This document shows positions 1-9,270 of a stretch of DNA of 64,000 nucleotides, piece by piece. Positions within the stretch are counted from its first letter, which is position 1, and each line of letters starts with the position of its first letter. The translations under genes and the position numbers were made by a program. The stretch is from an uncultured Nannocystaceae bacterium (lineage in GTDB: Bacteria > Myxococcota_A > Bradymonadia > UBA7976 > UBA1532), in NCBI GenBank assembly GCA_964384025.1, contig CAYLJJ010000001.1:103601-167600 (forward strand), given 5' to 3'. Below the pieces are notes generated by a model. It made no database searches. It was not told the DNA's origin and saw only the letters and a program-made list of their open reading frames with translations.

Positions 1-1020
1 GATCCTGTGGATGAAGAGGAGCTGCTTCTGGCTGCAGTGAGGGGGATGCTCAGCAGCTTAGATCCCCACTCAGAGCTACTGGATCCAAAAGCGCTCTTAG
101 AATTTAGAGAAGATCGTCGTGGGCGTTACGGGGGCTTGGGCCTTGAACTGCGCTTGGATGGAGAGCAGATCAGAGTGCAACGTGTATTCCCTGAGAGCCC
201 CGCTGCCGCTGCTGGAATATTGAGAGGAGATCGTCTTATCTCCATCGAAGAGCAGGTGCTTGCTCCAGAGAACTTTAGATCCCTCCTTAAAAGCTTGAGA
301 GGTCCGTTAGGCAGCTCTGTTCAGTTGAAGATCCAACGGGGAGAAGCACAGCCGATCTCATCGACTCTGGAGCGCGCGCTGATCCAGATAAAGAGCGTCA
401 GGGCCTTGCAACTCTCTCCCTCACTGGGGCTCTTTCAGCTTCTCGTTCTTCAAGAGGGCAGCACTCTGGAGTTTAGAGACGCCTATGACGCTCTGAGAGA
501 GGAGATGGAGTTGAGCGCCATGATCCTTGACCTCAGGGGTTGTCCGGGAGGCCTCGTCAGTGAAGGAGTAGGTCTGGCTGACCTCTTCTTGGAGGAGGGG
601 CTCATCGTCTCTGTGCGTGGGCGGCAGAGGAAGCGAAGCTGGAGCGCTTCTTCTCCTGGGACCCTCCCTCCCTTACCGATGATCGTCCTGATCGATGCAG
701 AGACGGCCAGCTCAGCAGAGCTGTTGGCAGGGGCCTTACAAGATCATGGACGAGCGCAGCTCTTGGGAGAGCGAAGCTATGGAAAAGCTTCTGTTCAGCT
801 GCTTTTGCCCCTCTCAAAAGGCTACGCCCTCAAGCTGAGCATCGCTCACTACTTTCGACCCTCAGGACGCTCTCTTCATCAGAGAGGACTTCAGCCTGAT
901 TTCCCTATGGAGAGGCTCGACAAAGGTCTCTCTTTTGCGGAGGATGACCCCCGCTCAGACCCCTGGTTGATTCGCGCTGGCGAACTCCTTCAACCCACTC
1001 TTCAGGCTAGGAAACCATGA
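1..1020 (+). CDS. ctpA: C-terminal processing peptidase, S41 family (5' partial, reading frame open to the window edge)
   Basis: PDZ-like block GLGLELRLDGEQIRVQRVFPESPAAAAGILRGDRLISI is followed by the S41 catalytic-region block LIDAETASSAELLAGALQDHGRAQLLGERSYGKAS. There is no in-frame stop upstream of position 7, so the N-terminus lies outside the window. Confidence 0.75.
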   Translation, partial: DPVDEEELLLAAVRGMLSSLDPHSELLDPKALLEFREDRRGRYGGLGLELRLDGEQIRVQRVFPESPAAAAGILRGDRLISIEEQVLAPENFRSLLKSLRGPLGSSVQLKIQRGEAQPISSTLERALIQIKSVRALQLSPSLGLFQLLVLQEGSTLEFRDAYDALREEMELSAMILDLRGCPGGLVSEGVGLADLFLEEGLIVSVRGRQRKRSWSASSPGTLPPLPMIVLIDAETASSAELLAGALQDHGRAQLLGERSYGKASVQLLLPLSKGYALKLSIAHYFRPSGRSLHQRGLQPDFPMERLDKGLSFAEDDPRSDPWLIRAGELLQPTLQARKP

Positions 1021-2042
1021 GGCAGCTCCTCTTCTCCCTCTTCCTGCTCCTCTTTGGCCTGCTCCTGGGGATCTACACAGAGCGGCTCTTCCTCTCTTCG
1101 CCGCTCCCTCAGCAAAAAGAGCAGATCAAGAGCAGCCCTCCGCAACCCATCGATCCAGAAGAGGCCCGCGACCTCGTCATCGAGACCCTGGGGTCTCAGC
1201 TCTCTGAGAATCAGGTGGAACATGGGCTCTACCCCCTGAGGGGTGCAGGGCGGGAGTTGGGAGAGAGCCTCGCTCTGATCAGCTTCCCCTGCTCCAGGGC
1301 GGGCTGTGATGCCTTCCTAAAGCCTCTAGAGGCACAGGCTCGGAGACGTGGGTTTCAGTTGATTCACCCTCAGGGGGGTGACCGTCCTGGGCGACCTCTC
1401 TATCGCGCTCTGCTTCAGAAAGAGAGGCCTGCGCTGGCACTGCGGTTGCTCCCCAGCGGCCCTCTCTTGACCGTGGTGATCACCGGCCTGGAGAGGGAGG
1501 AGCACCTCAAGTTTCTTTTGAGGCTCGACCCTGAGATCACCGTCGCCCTCAGAGCGCAGACAAAGCAGGCCCCTCTCTTGGCTCGTCGTTTGGAGGCGGA
1601 GGGTCGAGAGTTTATCCTCCAGCTTGGAGGGGGCAGCCCCAGCGCCCTTATTCAGCGACTTCAAGCCTCTCTCCAGCGGTTCCCAGGCGCAGCGGGCTTG
1701 GGCCAAGGTCCTCCTCTGAGCGGCTCTAGATCTCATATGAGCGCGCTGCTGAAGGTCCTCAAGGAGGAGGGGCGTCTCTTCCTAGACTATGGAGGACCTG
1801 CCTCTGTCGCCGAGGCTACAGCGATCGCCTTGGGGCTCAGACGAGCCAGTGCCAGTCATCATCTGAGCTCAGATGATTTTGAGCTGCGCTTGAGGGATGT
1901 AGAAGCCGCCCTCATGCTGGAGGGTCGCGCCCTGCTCTTGGTCCCCGCCGAGGCTCGAACCCTGGGCACGCTGCCCTCCTGGTTGGAGAGCCTCAGGACT
2001 CAAGGGATCCAGCTCCTACGCCTCTCTGAGGTCGTGCTTTGA
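1017..2042 (+). CDS. membrane-anchored protein, probably divergent polysaccharide deacetylase (YibQ-like)
   Basis: 4-nt ATGA overlap with the S41 peptidase gene. N-terminal hydrophobic helix LLFSLFLLLFGLLLGIY. C-terminal segment RLFLDYGGPASVAEA...HHLSSDD...LLLVPAEARTLG resembles the YibQ family, and ctpA-yibQ type synteny is common. Confidence 0.45.
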   Translation: MRQLLFSLFLLLFGLLLGIYTERLFLSSPLPQQKEQIKSSPPQPIDPEEARDLVIETLGSQLSENQVEHGLYPLRGAGRELGESLALISFPCSRAGCDAFLKPLEAQARRRGFQLIHPQGGDRPGRPLYRALLQKERPALALRLLPSGPLLTVVITGLEREEHLKFLLRLDPEITVALRAQTKQAPLLARRLEAEGREFILQLGGGSPSALIQRLQASLQRFPGAAGLGQGPPLSGSRSHMSALLKVLKEEGRLFLDYGGPASVAEATAIALGLRRASASHHLSSDDFELRLRDVEAALMLEGRALLLVPAEARTLGTLPSWLESLRTQGIQLLRLSEVVL

Positions 2043-2107
2043 GCTTGGATCGAGCCCCTGGATGTGCTAGGAGAGAGTGCTCGGTCACGGTCAGGCTGGG
2101 GGAATAA

Positions 2108-3835
2108 ATGCTTCGATTGGTGATAGAGGATGATGAAGGCAAGACGACCGTTGTGCCCCTCATTCGTGATGAGATCACCATCGGTCGCAAAGATGGAAAC
2201 ACGATCCGCCTGACGGAACGCAATGTCTCTCGCCGCCACGCTCGACTCTTCCGCACCGGGGATAACGGGAATTTTACTGTTTTCTTAGAGGATTTAGATA
2301 GTTATAACGGCGTTCATCTCAATGGGGATCATGTCCAGGGTAAGTGTACAGTCCAACCAGGCGATCTGATCCAGATAGGGGATTACTCCCTGGCGCTGAG
2401 GGTGGATCAGTCCAACCTCAGGGATGCTCAAACCCAGGTTGAAGCTCAAGCTCCTCCGGGAATCGGAGAGGTTGAGCTGCTCCCCCTTGATGAACAAGCA
2501 CGGCTTGTCGTTGTCTCCAGCAACTTGGCTGGGACAACCTTCTTTGTTGATCGTCCTGAGGTGATCATTGGTCGTATAGATGAGAACGATCTGGTGGTCA
2601 ATCACCGCTCTATCTCCAGAAATCACGCCAAGATCATCGTCCGAGAAGGGGCCTTCACCATTGTAGATCTGGCCTCCTCCAACGGAGTCCAAGTCAACGG
2701 CGACAACTATGGGACCGCCTCTCTGATCAATGGAGATATCGTCGAGTTGGGTCAGGTCAAGATGCGATACTGCGCGCCTGGCGATGACTATACCTTCACT
2801 CGAGCTGATATTGAGGATGTGGAGTTGGATGGAGGACCCAGCACTGCCAAGCTGGTTCTGATCGCTCTGATTCTCGTCGCTGTCGCGGTGGTGGCTTTTC
2901 TGGGCGTACGCAAATGGAACCGCTCCTCCTCACCCGGCCCCAGTCCTCAAATTCAGGTGCCCAAACAGCCCAAAGCCCAAAGCGATTTTGACAGCAAAGT
3001 TCTATTGGATGAGGGACAGGAGCATCTAAAAGCCCTGCGTTGGAGAGAGGCGGAGCGAGCCTTTGAACGTATCATTCAAACTGAGCCTCAACATGAAGAG
3101 GCGCTGCGTCTCGATAAAATCGCTCGTCAAGAGAACAGCAACCAAGAGCGCCTCAGCAAACTCCGAAAAGAGGTGGAGGCGCAGCAATGGAGTGAAGCAT
3201 ACTTCCTCTTTACTGAGTTTGCTCGAGACAGCGTCTACTTCTCTGAGGTCTCGGAGATGCGCTCAGAGATCGAAGAGGGCTTCGCTCAGAGTGAACTGGA
3301 GCGGGGTCGGGATCTGATCACATATCAGGATCTAGAGGGAGCGGGTAATCTTCAGCTCTCTCTGGCTCAAAAACCCTTCGCTCAAAAACAGGCCAAGCTC
3401 CTCAATGAGGAGATCAAGACCGCTGCTCAAGCACAACTCAAAACCAACAAGCTTGTTCGCAGATCTCGATCAATTCCAAAAGCCTCTCGCAGGCGTCCTG
3501 CACCCAAGCCCGATCTAGAGCCAGAGCCTCCCTCTGATCCTGAGCATCCTGCCGTCGATGAAGAAGAGGAGTATGACAAAGTGATGGATCAGGCGATGTC
3601 CCTCTTTATCCAAGGCAAACGCAATCAAGCCGCCGAGTTCTTTGAGCGGGCCCAGCGCCTCAAGCCGGGGGCAAAAGAAGCCCACGCTCGTCTCTGTGCC
3701 ATCTATCCCACCATGGGCCGTCTTAAGCGTGCTCTCTTTCACTGTAAGAGAAATCTCAAGATTGAGAACGATCCCAGTCACCGAAAAAACCTCAAACGGA
3801 TCATTGAGGGTTTGGAGCGTGAGCTGGATCTCTAG
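2108..3835 (+). CDS. FHA domain protein with two FHA domains, one TM helix and a C-terminal TPR-like region
   Basis: Two FHA cores: ITIGRKDGNTIRLTERNVSRRHARLFR..YNGVHLNG and VIIGRIDENDLVVNHRSISRNHAKIIV..SSNGVQVNG. TM helix AKLVLIALILVAVAVVAFLGV. ATG at 2108. Confidence 0.8.
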   Translation: MLRLVIEDDEGKTTVVPLIRDEITIGRKDGNTIRLTERNVSRRHARLFRTGDNGNFTVFLEDLDSYNGVHLNGDHVQGKCTVQPGDLIQIGDYSLALRVDQSNLRDAQTQVEAQAPPGIGEVELLPLDEQARLVVVSSNLAGTTFFVDRPEVIIGRIDENDLVVNHRSISRNHAKIIVREGAFTIVDLASSNGVQVNGDNYGTASLINGDIVELGQVKMRYCAPGDDYTFTRADIEDVELDGGPSTAKLVLIALILVAVAVVAFLGVRKWNRSSSPGPSPQIQVPKQPKAQSDFDSKVLLDEGQEHLKALRWREAERAFERIIQTEPQHEEALRLDKIARQENSNQERLSKLRKEVEAQQWSEAYFLFTEFARDSVYFSEVSEMRSEIEEGFAQSELERGRDLITYQDLEGAGNLQLSLAQKPFAQKQAKLLNEEIKTAAQAQLKTNKLVRRSRSIPKASRRRPAPKPDLEPEPPSDPEHPAVDEEEEYDKVMDQAMSLFIQGKRNQAAEFFERAQRLKPGAKEAHARLCAIYPTMGRLKRALFHCKRNLKIENDPSHRKNLKRIIEGLERELDL

Positions 3836-3849
3836 CTTTACTTTGCGGG

Positions 3850-5913
3850 TTAGAGATCCTCTTCAAGAGGTTTCCAACACAGACCCAAGATCAGACTGAG
3901 AGCAGGGCTCTGAGCGCTGACTCCAAAGAGAGCTCCTGTTGTCAACTCAAACCCAGAGGCCATCCATGCCAAGCTGGGACCCAAGCTGATGAGACGGATC
4001 CTCTCAGTCTGTTCCTCTCCAAAGGCGGTGTCAGCTTCAATCCCAAGAGAGAGCGCTCGCCAGAGATTGAACTCAAGACCGTAGCCTCCTGACCAGAGGG
4101 TGATGCTCTCATCCTCTAGACCCCTGATGTAGCCTTGGCGGAGCCGTAACGCAAAGCGATCTTGGCGTAGAGATCCCTCCAAACTGGGGAGGAAGCGCGC
4201 TCCGCTGTGATCATTGAGGGTCGGTGCCCAAACACTGAGATCAAGCGAGAGGCCCAAACCCCAGAAGGCGCTGCGCAGCAAACGCAGGCCTAAGCTTCCA
4301 AAGAGAGCACCCTCAGGCTCTTTGCTGACGAAGGGCTCTATACTGAAAGCATGAGCCGCTCTCACCATCAGGCGCTCATTAAAGAGGCTGAACCCTACAC
4401 CGAGGCTCGGCAGCGCAGGGCTGAAGTTTCCTGCGCTGTCCTCCGCGAGAGGAGCTTCTGCAACCCAGAGGTGGAGGCCCATACGCTGCTCATCTCTGAG
4501 GCTCAACCTACGCGGAGAGGGGATCGTGGCGAAGGCTGAAGAAAGAGCCCTGAGTGGATCGAGCTGTAGAGGTGTATACTCCTCTGTAAGCTTGGGAACT
4601 GCAGGCTCTTCAAGTTTACTCTCTTGCGGTTGGGAGCTTGGAGCGCTGGAACTCTGTGCAGGGAGCACCTCGATCTTGGGGCGCGCCAGGAGCTGTCTAC
4701 TTTTATCAACACAACTCAGCTTGAATTGGCCTGGCTCTTTGAATTGGAAGCGACGCGCCTTGGAGCCTAAATTTTGGGCACAGCTTACACCCTCGGGGGC
4801 TTCAATCCAGCTTCCCAGCGGCAACGGGCTGTTGCCCTTAATCTTGCTGCCGTCAGGAGCGGAGAACTCAAGACTCAGCAGCTTGATGGTTTTGATCGGG
4901 GAGGGTTTGCTCTCAAAGCCCTGCGCATCCAGAGCAGAGACTCGAGCATAATAGGTCCCCAGCGGCAAGCCACGGATTTCAAAGCGCTGCGTTGGAGCTG
5001 GGACCGTGGTGATCACCAGGATTTGGCTGCCATCGGGGGAACGAGCCAGCTCAACACGATAAGCCGAAGCCTTGGAGACGGGCTCCCAGCGCCCCCAGGC
5101 TTTGGGTTGCTCTCCAGACAGGTTCAAGAGCTGGCTGGGGCTGTCAAGAGACCAACTGGGGCTTGGAGGGAGAAGCTTTGGCTTACTGGGGCGCTGCCCC
5201 TGTTTGACTGAACTGCCCATACCGGCAACGACCTCGACTTTTCCTCTGCCCCGCTTGCCCTCCAGTTGGATCGGTTTTCCCGCATGGTTGGAGAGCCGCG
5301 TGGTGTTGACTTTGTCTACAGAGAGGAGGGCTTGCCCTTCGCCGAGATGAGTCTCAGCACTGGGAGAGGAGATCAGCAGCTTTGGTGTCCCCGCCAACTC
5401 TCCCAAGTGACTGCGCAAACTTCCTCGCGCCAGGGTGGCGCGGCTGCGCGTTCGAATTCGGCTGGTGGTAGGACCGAAGATGATCACGAGGGTGTCATGA
5501 TGCAGATGGATTTGAGCTTGGTTTTGAAAGGTGATCTCTGCAGTGCCGTTCTCTAGGGTGTTGATCCGCCAGCCTCGGTACAGCTCCTGATTGAGCTTCG
5601 CCTCCTGATAGACGGGGGCGTCTGTTGCCCGAGAGTTTACTTGGGGTTCCATCTCGGTGAGCTTGGCGTCTGGCTCAGGAGCAGGGAGCTGGAGACGCGA
5701 GCCCGGCTTGAGCTTGTGGGGCAGCTTAAAGCCAAGCTGGGGATTGTGGATATGTATCTTGTCCCAGGCCTTGGGATCTCCAAAACGCTCCTCTGCGATC
5801 TTGGAGCAGGTGTCTCCCGGTTTGACAATATATTCAAACAGTTTTGGTTTGGATTGGGCCTGTGTAGTGAGCAGGAACAGCAAGCTCAAGCTGAGTATCC
5901 CAGGGTAATTCAT
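3850..5913 (-). CDS. secreted LysM domain protein with FecR-like and Ig/FN3-like regions
   Basis: Signal peptide MNYPGILSLSLLFLLTTQAQS. LysM motif YIVKPGDTCSKIAEERFGDPKAWDKIHIHNPQ. ATGA overlap with the upstream Ser/Thr kinase gene (5910-5913). Confidence 0.7.
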   Translation of the reverse strand: MNYPGILSLSLLFLLTTQAQSKPKLFEYIVKPGDTCSKIAEERFGDPKAWDKIHIHNPQLGFKLPHKLKPGSRLQLPAPEPDAKLTEMEPQVNSRATDAPVYQEAKLNQELYRGWRINTLENGTAEITFQNQAQIHLHHDTLVIIFGPTTSRIRTRSRATLARGSLRSHLGELAGTPKLLISSPSAETHLGEGQALLSVDKVNTTRLSNHAGKPIQLEGKRGRGKVEVVAGMGSSVKQGQRPSKPKLLPPSPSWSLDSPSQLLNLSGEQPKAWGRWEPVSKASAYRVELARSPDGSQILVITTVPAPTQRFEIRGLPLGTYYARVSALDAQGFESKPSPIKTIKLLSLEFSAPDGSKIKGNSPLPLGSWIEAPEGVSCAQNLGSKARRFQFKEPGQFKLSCVDKSRQLLARPKIEVLPAQSSSAPSSQPQESKLEEPAVPKLTEEYTPLQLDPLRALSSAFATIPSPRRLSLRDEQRMGLHLWVAEAPLAEDSAGNFSPALPSLGVGFSLFNERLMVRAAHAFSIEPFVSKEPEGALFGSLGLRLLRSAFWGLGLSLDLSVWAPTLNDHSGARFLPSLEGSLRQDRFALRLRQGYIRGLEDESITLWSGGYGLEFNLWRALSLGIEADTAFGEEQTERIRLISLGPSLAWMASGFELTTGALFGVSAQSPALSLILGLCWKPLEEDL

Positions 5914-7190
5914 GAGCCTCCCCGGCGTTGTGCACGTCGAATGGTGCGTCGGCTGGCGCGAAGTAGATCCTCCAGCTTTAACGGCAGAGGCAGAACCTCG
6001 GCGATCCCAGCCCGGAGCAGCTCTGCGATGAGCTGAACATCCCCAGGCTTGATCGCCGCGATAACAGGGAGTCCGCTCTTCAAGCCTTGCTCTAAGAGCT
6101 CCTCCTGAGCGACCAGCACCGCTTGAGCTTCGCCGATCCCCTCTTCTAAAGGTTCAACGCTGATCCCGTTGCTACGTAACCCTGTAGACAGAGCTGCTTC
6201 CAGCTCACCTAGGAGGGCCAGGCGCAGCTGTCCTGGGGCCGGCTTAGGTTTGAGCAACTTATGAAACCCATGCTTGCTGGCGGTAAGCATCTGGGTTTCA
6301 CGACCAAGCTTCTGACCGCGCTCACACTCTCCCGCCTTCTCTATTTGCAGTTGAACCAACACAGCGCGAACATCGCTGGCGCTGGGACGCTGAGGAGCTG
6401 CTTTACGCAACATCCGCATGACAAGATCCTCCAGCGCGGAGGGCAGCTCTGCGCCTCTTTCGCTGGGAAGGGGGGGGACGAGACCCACATGCTTGCTGGC
6501 GATCTGAAAAATCGAACCTTCAAAGGGAGGAGCACCACAGAGCATCTCATAAAAAACACAGCCTAGAGAATAGAGATCGCTGGCGGTGGAGATCTGCATA
6601 TCTCCATAGAGCTGCTCAGGTGACATATAGGCGGGGGAGCCTATTATGCGCCCCTCGGTGGTCATCCGCCCTAAGACCTGGTGGTCGATGATATGAGCTA
6701 AGCCAAAGTCCAGGATCATCGGCTGCTCTTCACCATTTTGGCTTCGCTCTACGATGATATTCTCAGGTTTAAGATCTCGATGAATGATCCTCTGCTTATG
6801 AGCAGCGACGAGGGCATCTGCAAGTTGCCAACCCAGACGAATCATACGAGGCACATAGAGACCTCTTTCACGCTGGATGACCGATCCCAACTCCTCTCCT
6901 TTGAGGAGCGGCATAGCCATATAACTCAAGCCCCTATCACGACCAAAATCGTAGATCTCCACAGCGTTGGGGTGGCGAAAGAGGGCCGCGACCTGCGCCT
7001 CTCGCATAAAGCGCTCTTCAGCCTTTTTGCTCCCCACCACATGAGGCAAGAGGACCTTGAGGGCGATCTCACGACCGAGGACCTCATGTTGACAGCGGAA
7101 AACCGCGCCCATACCACCGCGACCGATCTCCTCGACCACCAAGTAGCGCTTCGCGATAATCATTCCCGGCTTTAGGAGTACCTCAGTCAC
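5910..7190 (-). CDS. Ser/Thr protein kinase with an uncharacterised C-terminal domain
   Basis: Hanks kinase motifs [31 protein letters not shown] and SPEQ. GTG start at 7190 forms a GTGA overlap with the cyclase stop. Confidence 0.85.
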   Translation of the reverse strand: MTEVLLKPGMIIAKRYLVVEEIGRGGMGAVFRCQHEVLGREIALKVLLPHVVGSKKAEERFMREAQVAALFRHPNAVEIYDFGRDRGLSYMAMPLLKGEELGSVIQRERGLYVPRMIRLGWQLADALVAAHKQRIIHRDLKPENIIVERSQNGEEQPMILDFGLAHIIDHQVLGRMTTEGRIIGSPAYMSPEQLYGDMQISTASDLYSLGCVFYEMLCGAPPFEGSIFQIASKHVGLVPPLPSERGAELPSALEDLVMRMLRKAAPQRPSASDVRAVLVQLQIEKAGECERGQKLGRETQMLTASKHGFHKLLKPKPAPGQLRLALLGELEAALSTGLRSNGISVEPLEEGIGEAQAVLVAQEELLEQGLKSGLPVIAAIKPGDVQLIAELLRAGIAEVLPLPLKLEDLLRASRRTIRRAQRRGGS

Positions 7191-9043
7191 AGCTTGACCT
7201 CATAAAGTCGCAGCTGCTCAGCACGACCGGCCAGTTCTCGCAACCCAAGATCTTGATACTCAAAGTCATCCCCAGCCGCTTGCTTGGTGGTTTCAGAGAT
7301 CAGGATCTGTTGGGGGCGGGCGATCATCTCTAGACGAGAGGCGACGTTGACGACATCACCAATCGCTGTGTATTCCATACGAGCCTCTGAGCCGACATTG
7401 CCAACGATCGCCTCACCGGAGTTGACCCCGACAGCCAACTGTAACTCCACTCCAAAGCGTGCTCGCCAACCTACGTTGCCGATCTCAAGCCAACGCATGA
7501 TATCTTCAGCCGCCTGGAGCGCTCGATAGGCATGATCCGCTTGAGGTTCAGGCGCTCCCCAAATCGCCATCACACAGTCCCCTAAGAACTTATCCACGGT
7601 TCCCCCGTGCCGAAAAATGATCTCGGTCAAAATGGTGAAGAGTTCATTGAGAATACCGACGACCTCTTCAGGCGCCAGACGTTCGGTGAGTGGGGTAAAA
7701 CCAACAACGTCAGCAAAGAGCACAGAGATGGGCATACGACACCCCCCCAGCGCCATGTTCTGTTCTCGTCGCACCACTTTATCTACCAGATCAGCGTTCA
7801 GATAACGGCCCAGATCCTTGCGAATCTCCAGCTCTTCACGGATACGCAGCTCAGAATTTTGCAGATCGGCGGCGGCGGTGCTCATCGCTTCTCCAAGGAT
7901 GGCCAGCTCATCACGAGTGTTGATGGTGACGCGACGCTCAAAGCGACGCTCAGCCAGATCTCGAGCAAAATCAGCCAAGCTTTGGAGCGGCGCGGTGAGC
8001 CGTCGAGAGAAGAAGATCGCCAAGAACAGGGCCAAAAATGTGGCTAAGGTCAAGGCGAAGATCAGAGTAACGCGCATCACTCCAAGGGAGCCATAAGCCA
8101 CCTCTCTAGGCTGCTGCACCACCACCAATAGAGGCAAGCTGGGTAGACCCACCGCCGCCGCTACAAACTCTCCCCTTGGAGAGTCATAGAGCTTAGAGAT
8201 GGTCAGGCCCGCTTCTAGAGCCTCAGTGCTGATCCCCTCCATGAGATCTCCAAGAGGGGCGGGTTCAAGTAACTCTCTCTCAGCTCCAGGTACCTGAGCC
8301 AGCAGGCGCCCTTTGAGATCGACCACCATCAGAGGATCTGGGAGTCCCCGTAGATGAGCCCCACTCAGCTCCGCCAAGCGTACAGCCAGCGGAGCAAGAT
8401 CGACGGTGCTGGCGAGGAAACCGGTGAGCTTCTCCCCCACATACAGGGGTAGAAGAAGCTTGAAGCTGACTCGCGCTCCCTGAGCGATGGGGGGAAGGGT
8501 CAACATTCCCTTTTGAGCCTCCCTTAGCTCCTCAGCGCTGAGCTGCTCGTCAAACTCTCCCGCTCTGGGGGTGGCTTGCTCCTGAGGGAGGATCTGATCG
8601 ATGAGGCCCCCTGTAGCGCTGTAGATCGCGACTCGTTGATCCCCCTGTCCTGAAACTAGGGCAAGGGCGACGCCCAGCCGCAACTCCTCGGGCTGCCCAA
8701 CATCTGTCAACGCAGCGGCGATGCCTTGGAGCGTCGTGCGGCAGCGCTCCACCTCAAACTCAGCTGCTTGAGCCAGATCAGAGGCCAACATGATGTGAAA
8801 CTCCTTGATTCCACTCTCTACGGCCTTAGCATTGATGTCCATAAGGAGCCAGCCCACAGAGAGAAGGGGGATGATGGCGAGGAAGCTTGCCATCAACATC
8901 AGCTTAAGTCGCAGCGGGACGTTTGCGGCTCTCTGTTCTCTGGGATCTTCAGCTTCCACCACGCTCCTCCGGACTGATTTCTCGCGCAAACTAACTCGTA
9001 AGACAGCAAGATGGGAGTGGGTGGGACAGGACAGGGGCAGCAT
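7187..9043 (-). CDS. class III adenylate/guanylate cyclase with an N-terminal two-TM sensor and HAMP-like linker
   Basis: C-terminal cyclase motifs VLFADVVGFTPLTE, GDCVMAIWGAPE and GVNSGEAIVGNVGS. Two hydrophobic helices flank a ~280-aa predicted periplasmic domain. The track start is an ATG at 9043; internal Met codons at 8899 and 8893, immediately before TM1, are alternative starts. Confidence 0.8.
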   Translation of the reverse strand: MLPLSCPTHSHLAVLRVSLREKSVRRSVVEAEDPREQRAANVPLRLKLMLMASFLAIIPLLSVGWLLMDINAKAVESGIKEFHIMLASDLAQAAEFEVERCRTTLQGIAAALTDVGQPEELRLGVALALVSGQGDQRVAIYSATGGLIDQILPQEQATPRAGEFDEQLSAEELREAQKGMLTLPPIAQGARVSFKLLLPLYVGEKLTGFLASTVDLAPLAVRLAELSGAHLRGLPDPLMVVDLKGRLLAQVPGAERELLEPAPLGDLMEGISTEALEAGLTISKLYDSPRGEFVAAAVGLPSLPLLVVVQQPREVAYGSLGVMRVTLIFALTLATFLALFLAIFFSRRLTAPLQSLADFARDLAERRFERRVTINTRDELAILGEAMSTAAADLQNSELRIREELEIRKDLGRYLNADLVDKVVRREQNMALGGCRMPISVLFADVVGFTPLTERLAPEEVVGILNELFTILTEIIFRHGGTVDKFLGDCVMAIWGAPEPQADHAYRALQAAEDIMRWLEIGNVGWRARFGVELQLAVGVNSGEAIVGNVGSEARMEYTAIGDVVNVASRLEMIARPQQILISETTKQAAGDDFEYQDLGLRELAGRAEQLRLYEVKL

Positions 9044-9270
9044 CTGTCCAGATCCTGCTCATCTTTGATGCTCACTTTTGCTTGAAAGAGGGACTAAGTT
9101 GTGCTTGGAGGTGGCGGGTGACTCAGCTTTTAGGGCTTGGAGAATCGTTGTTTTTGCTCGATATTGGAGTCTCATTCTAGGCCCTGAAATGTTCAGAGCC
9201 ATAGCTTGTTTTGAAACAGAGCTTCAAACCAAGTACAAGCAATCTCCTCAATCGACGAAAGGGAGGCATC

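Noticed and set aside
4351-5556. Plus-strand ORFs 4351-4539, 4526-4951, 4774-5211, 5072-5350 and 5266-5556
   Set aside because: Antisense to the LysM protein gene (signal peptide and LysM motif in correct order on the minus strand).
7284-9068. Plus-strand ORFs 7284-7529, 7607-8047, 7818-8096, 8726-8977 and 8805-9068
   Set aside because: Antisense to the class III cyclase gene, whose product has intact catalytic motifs. Products are Arg/Ser-rich with no motifs.
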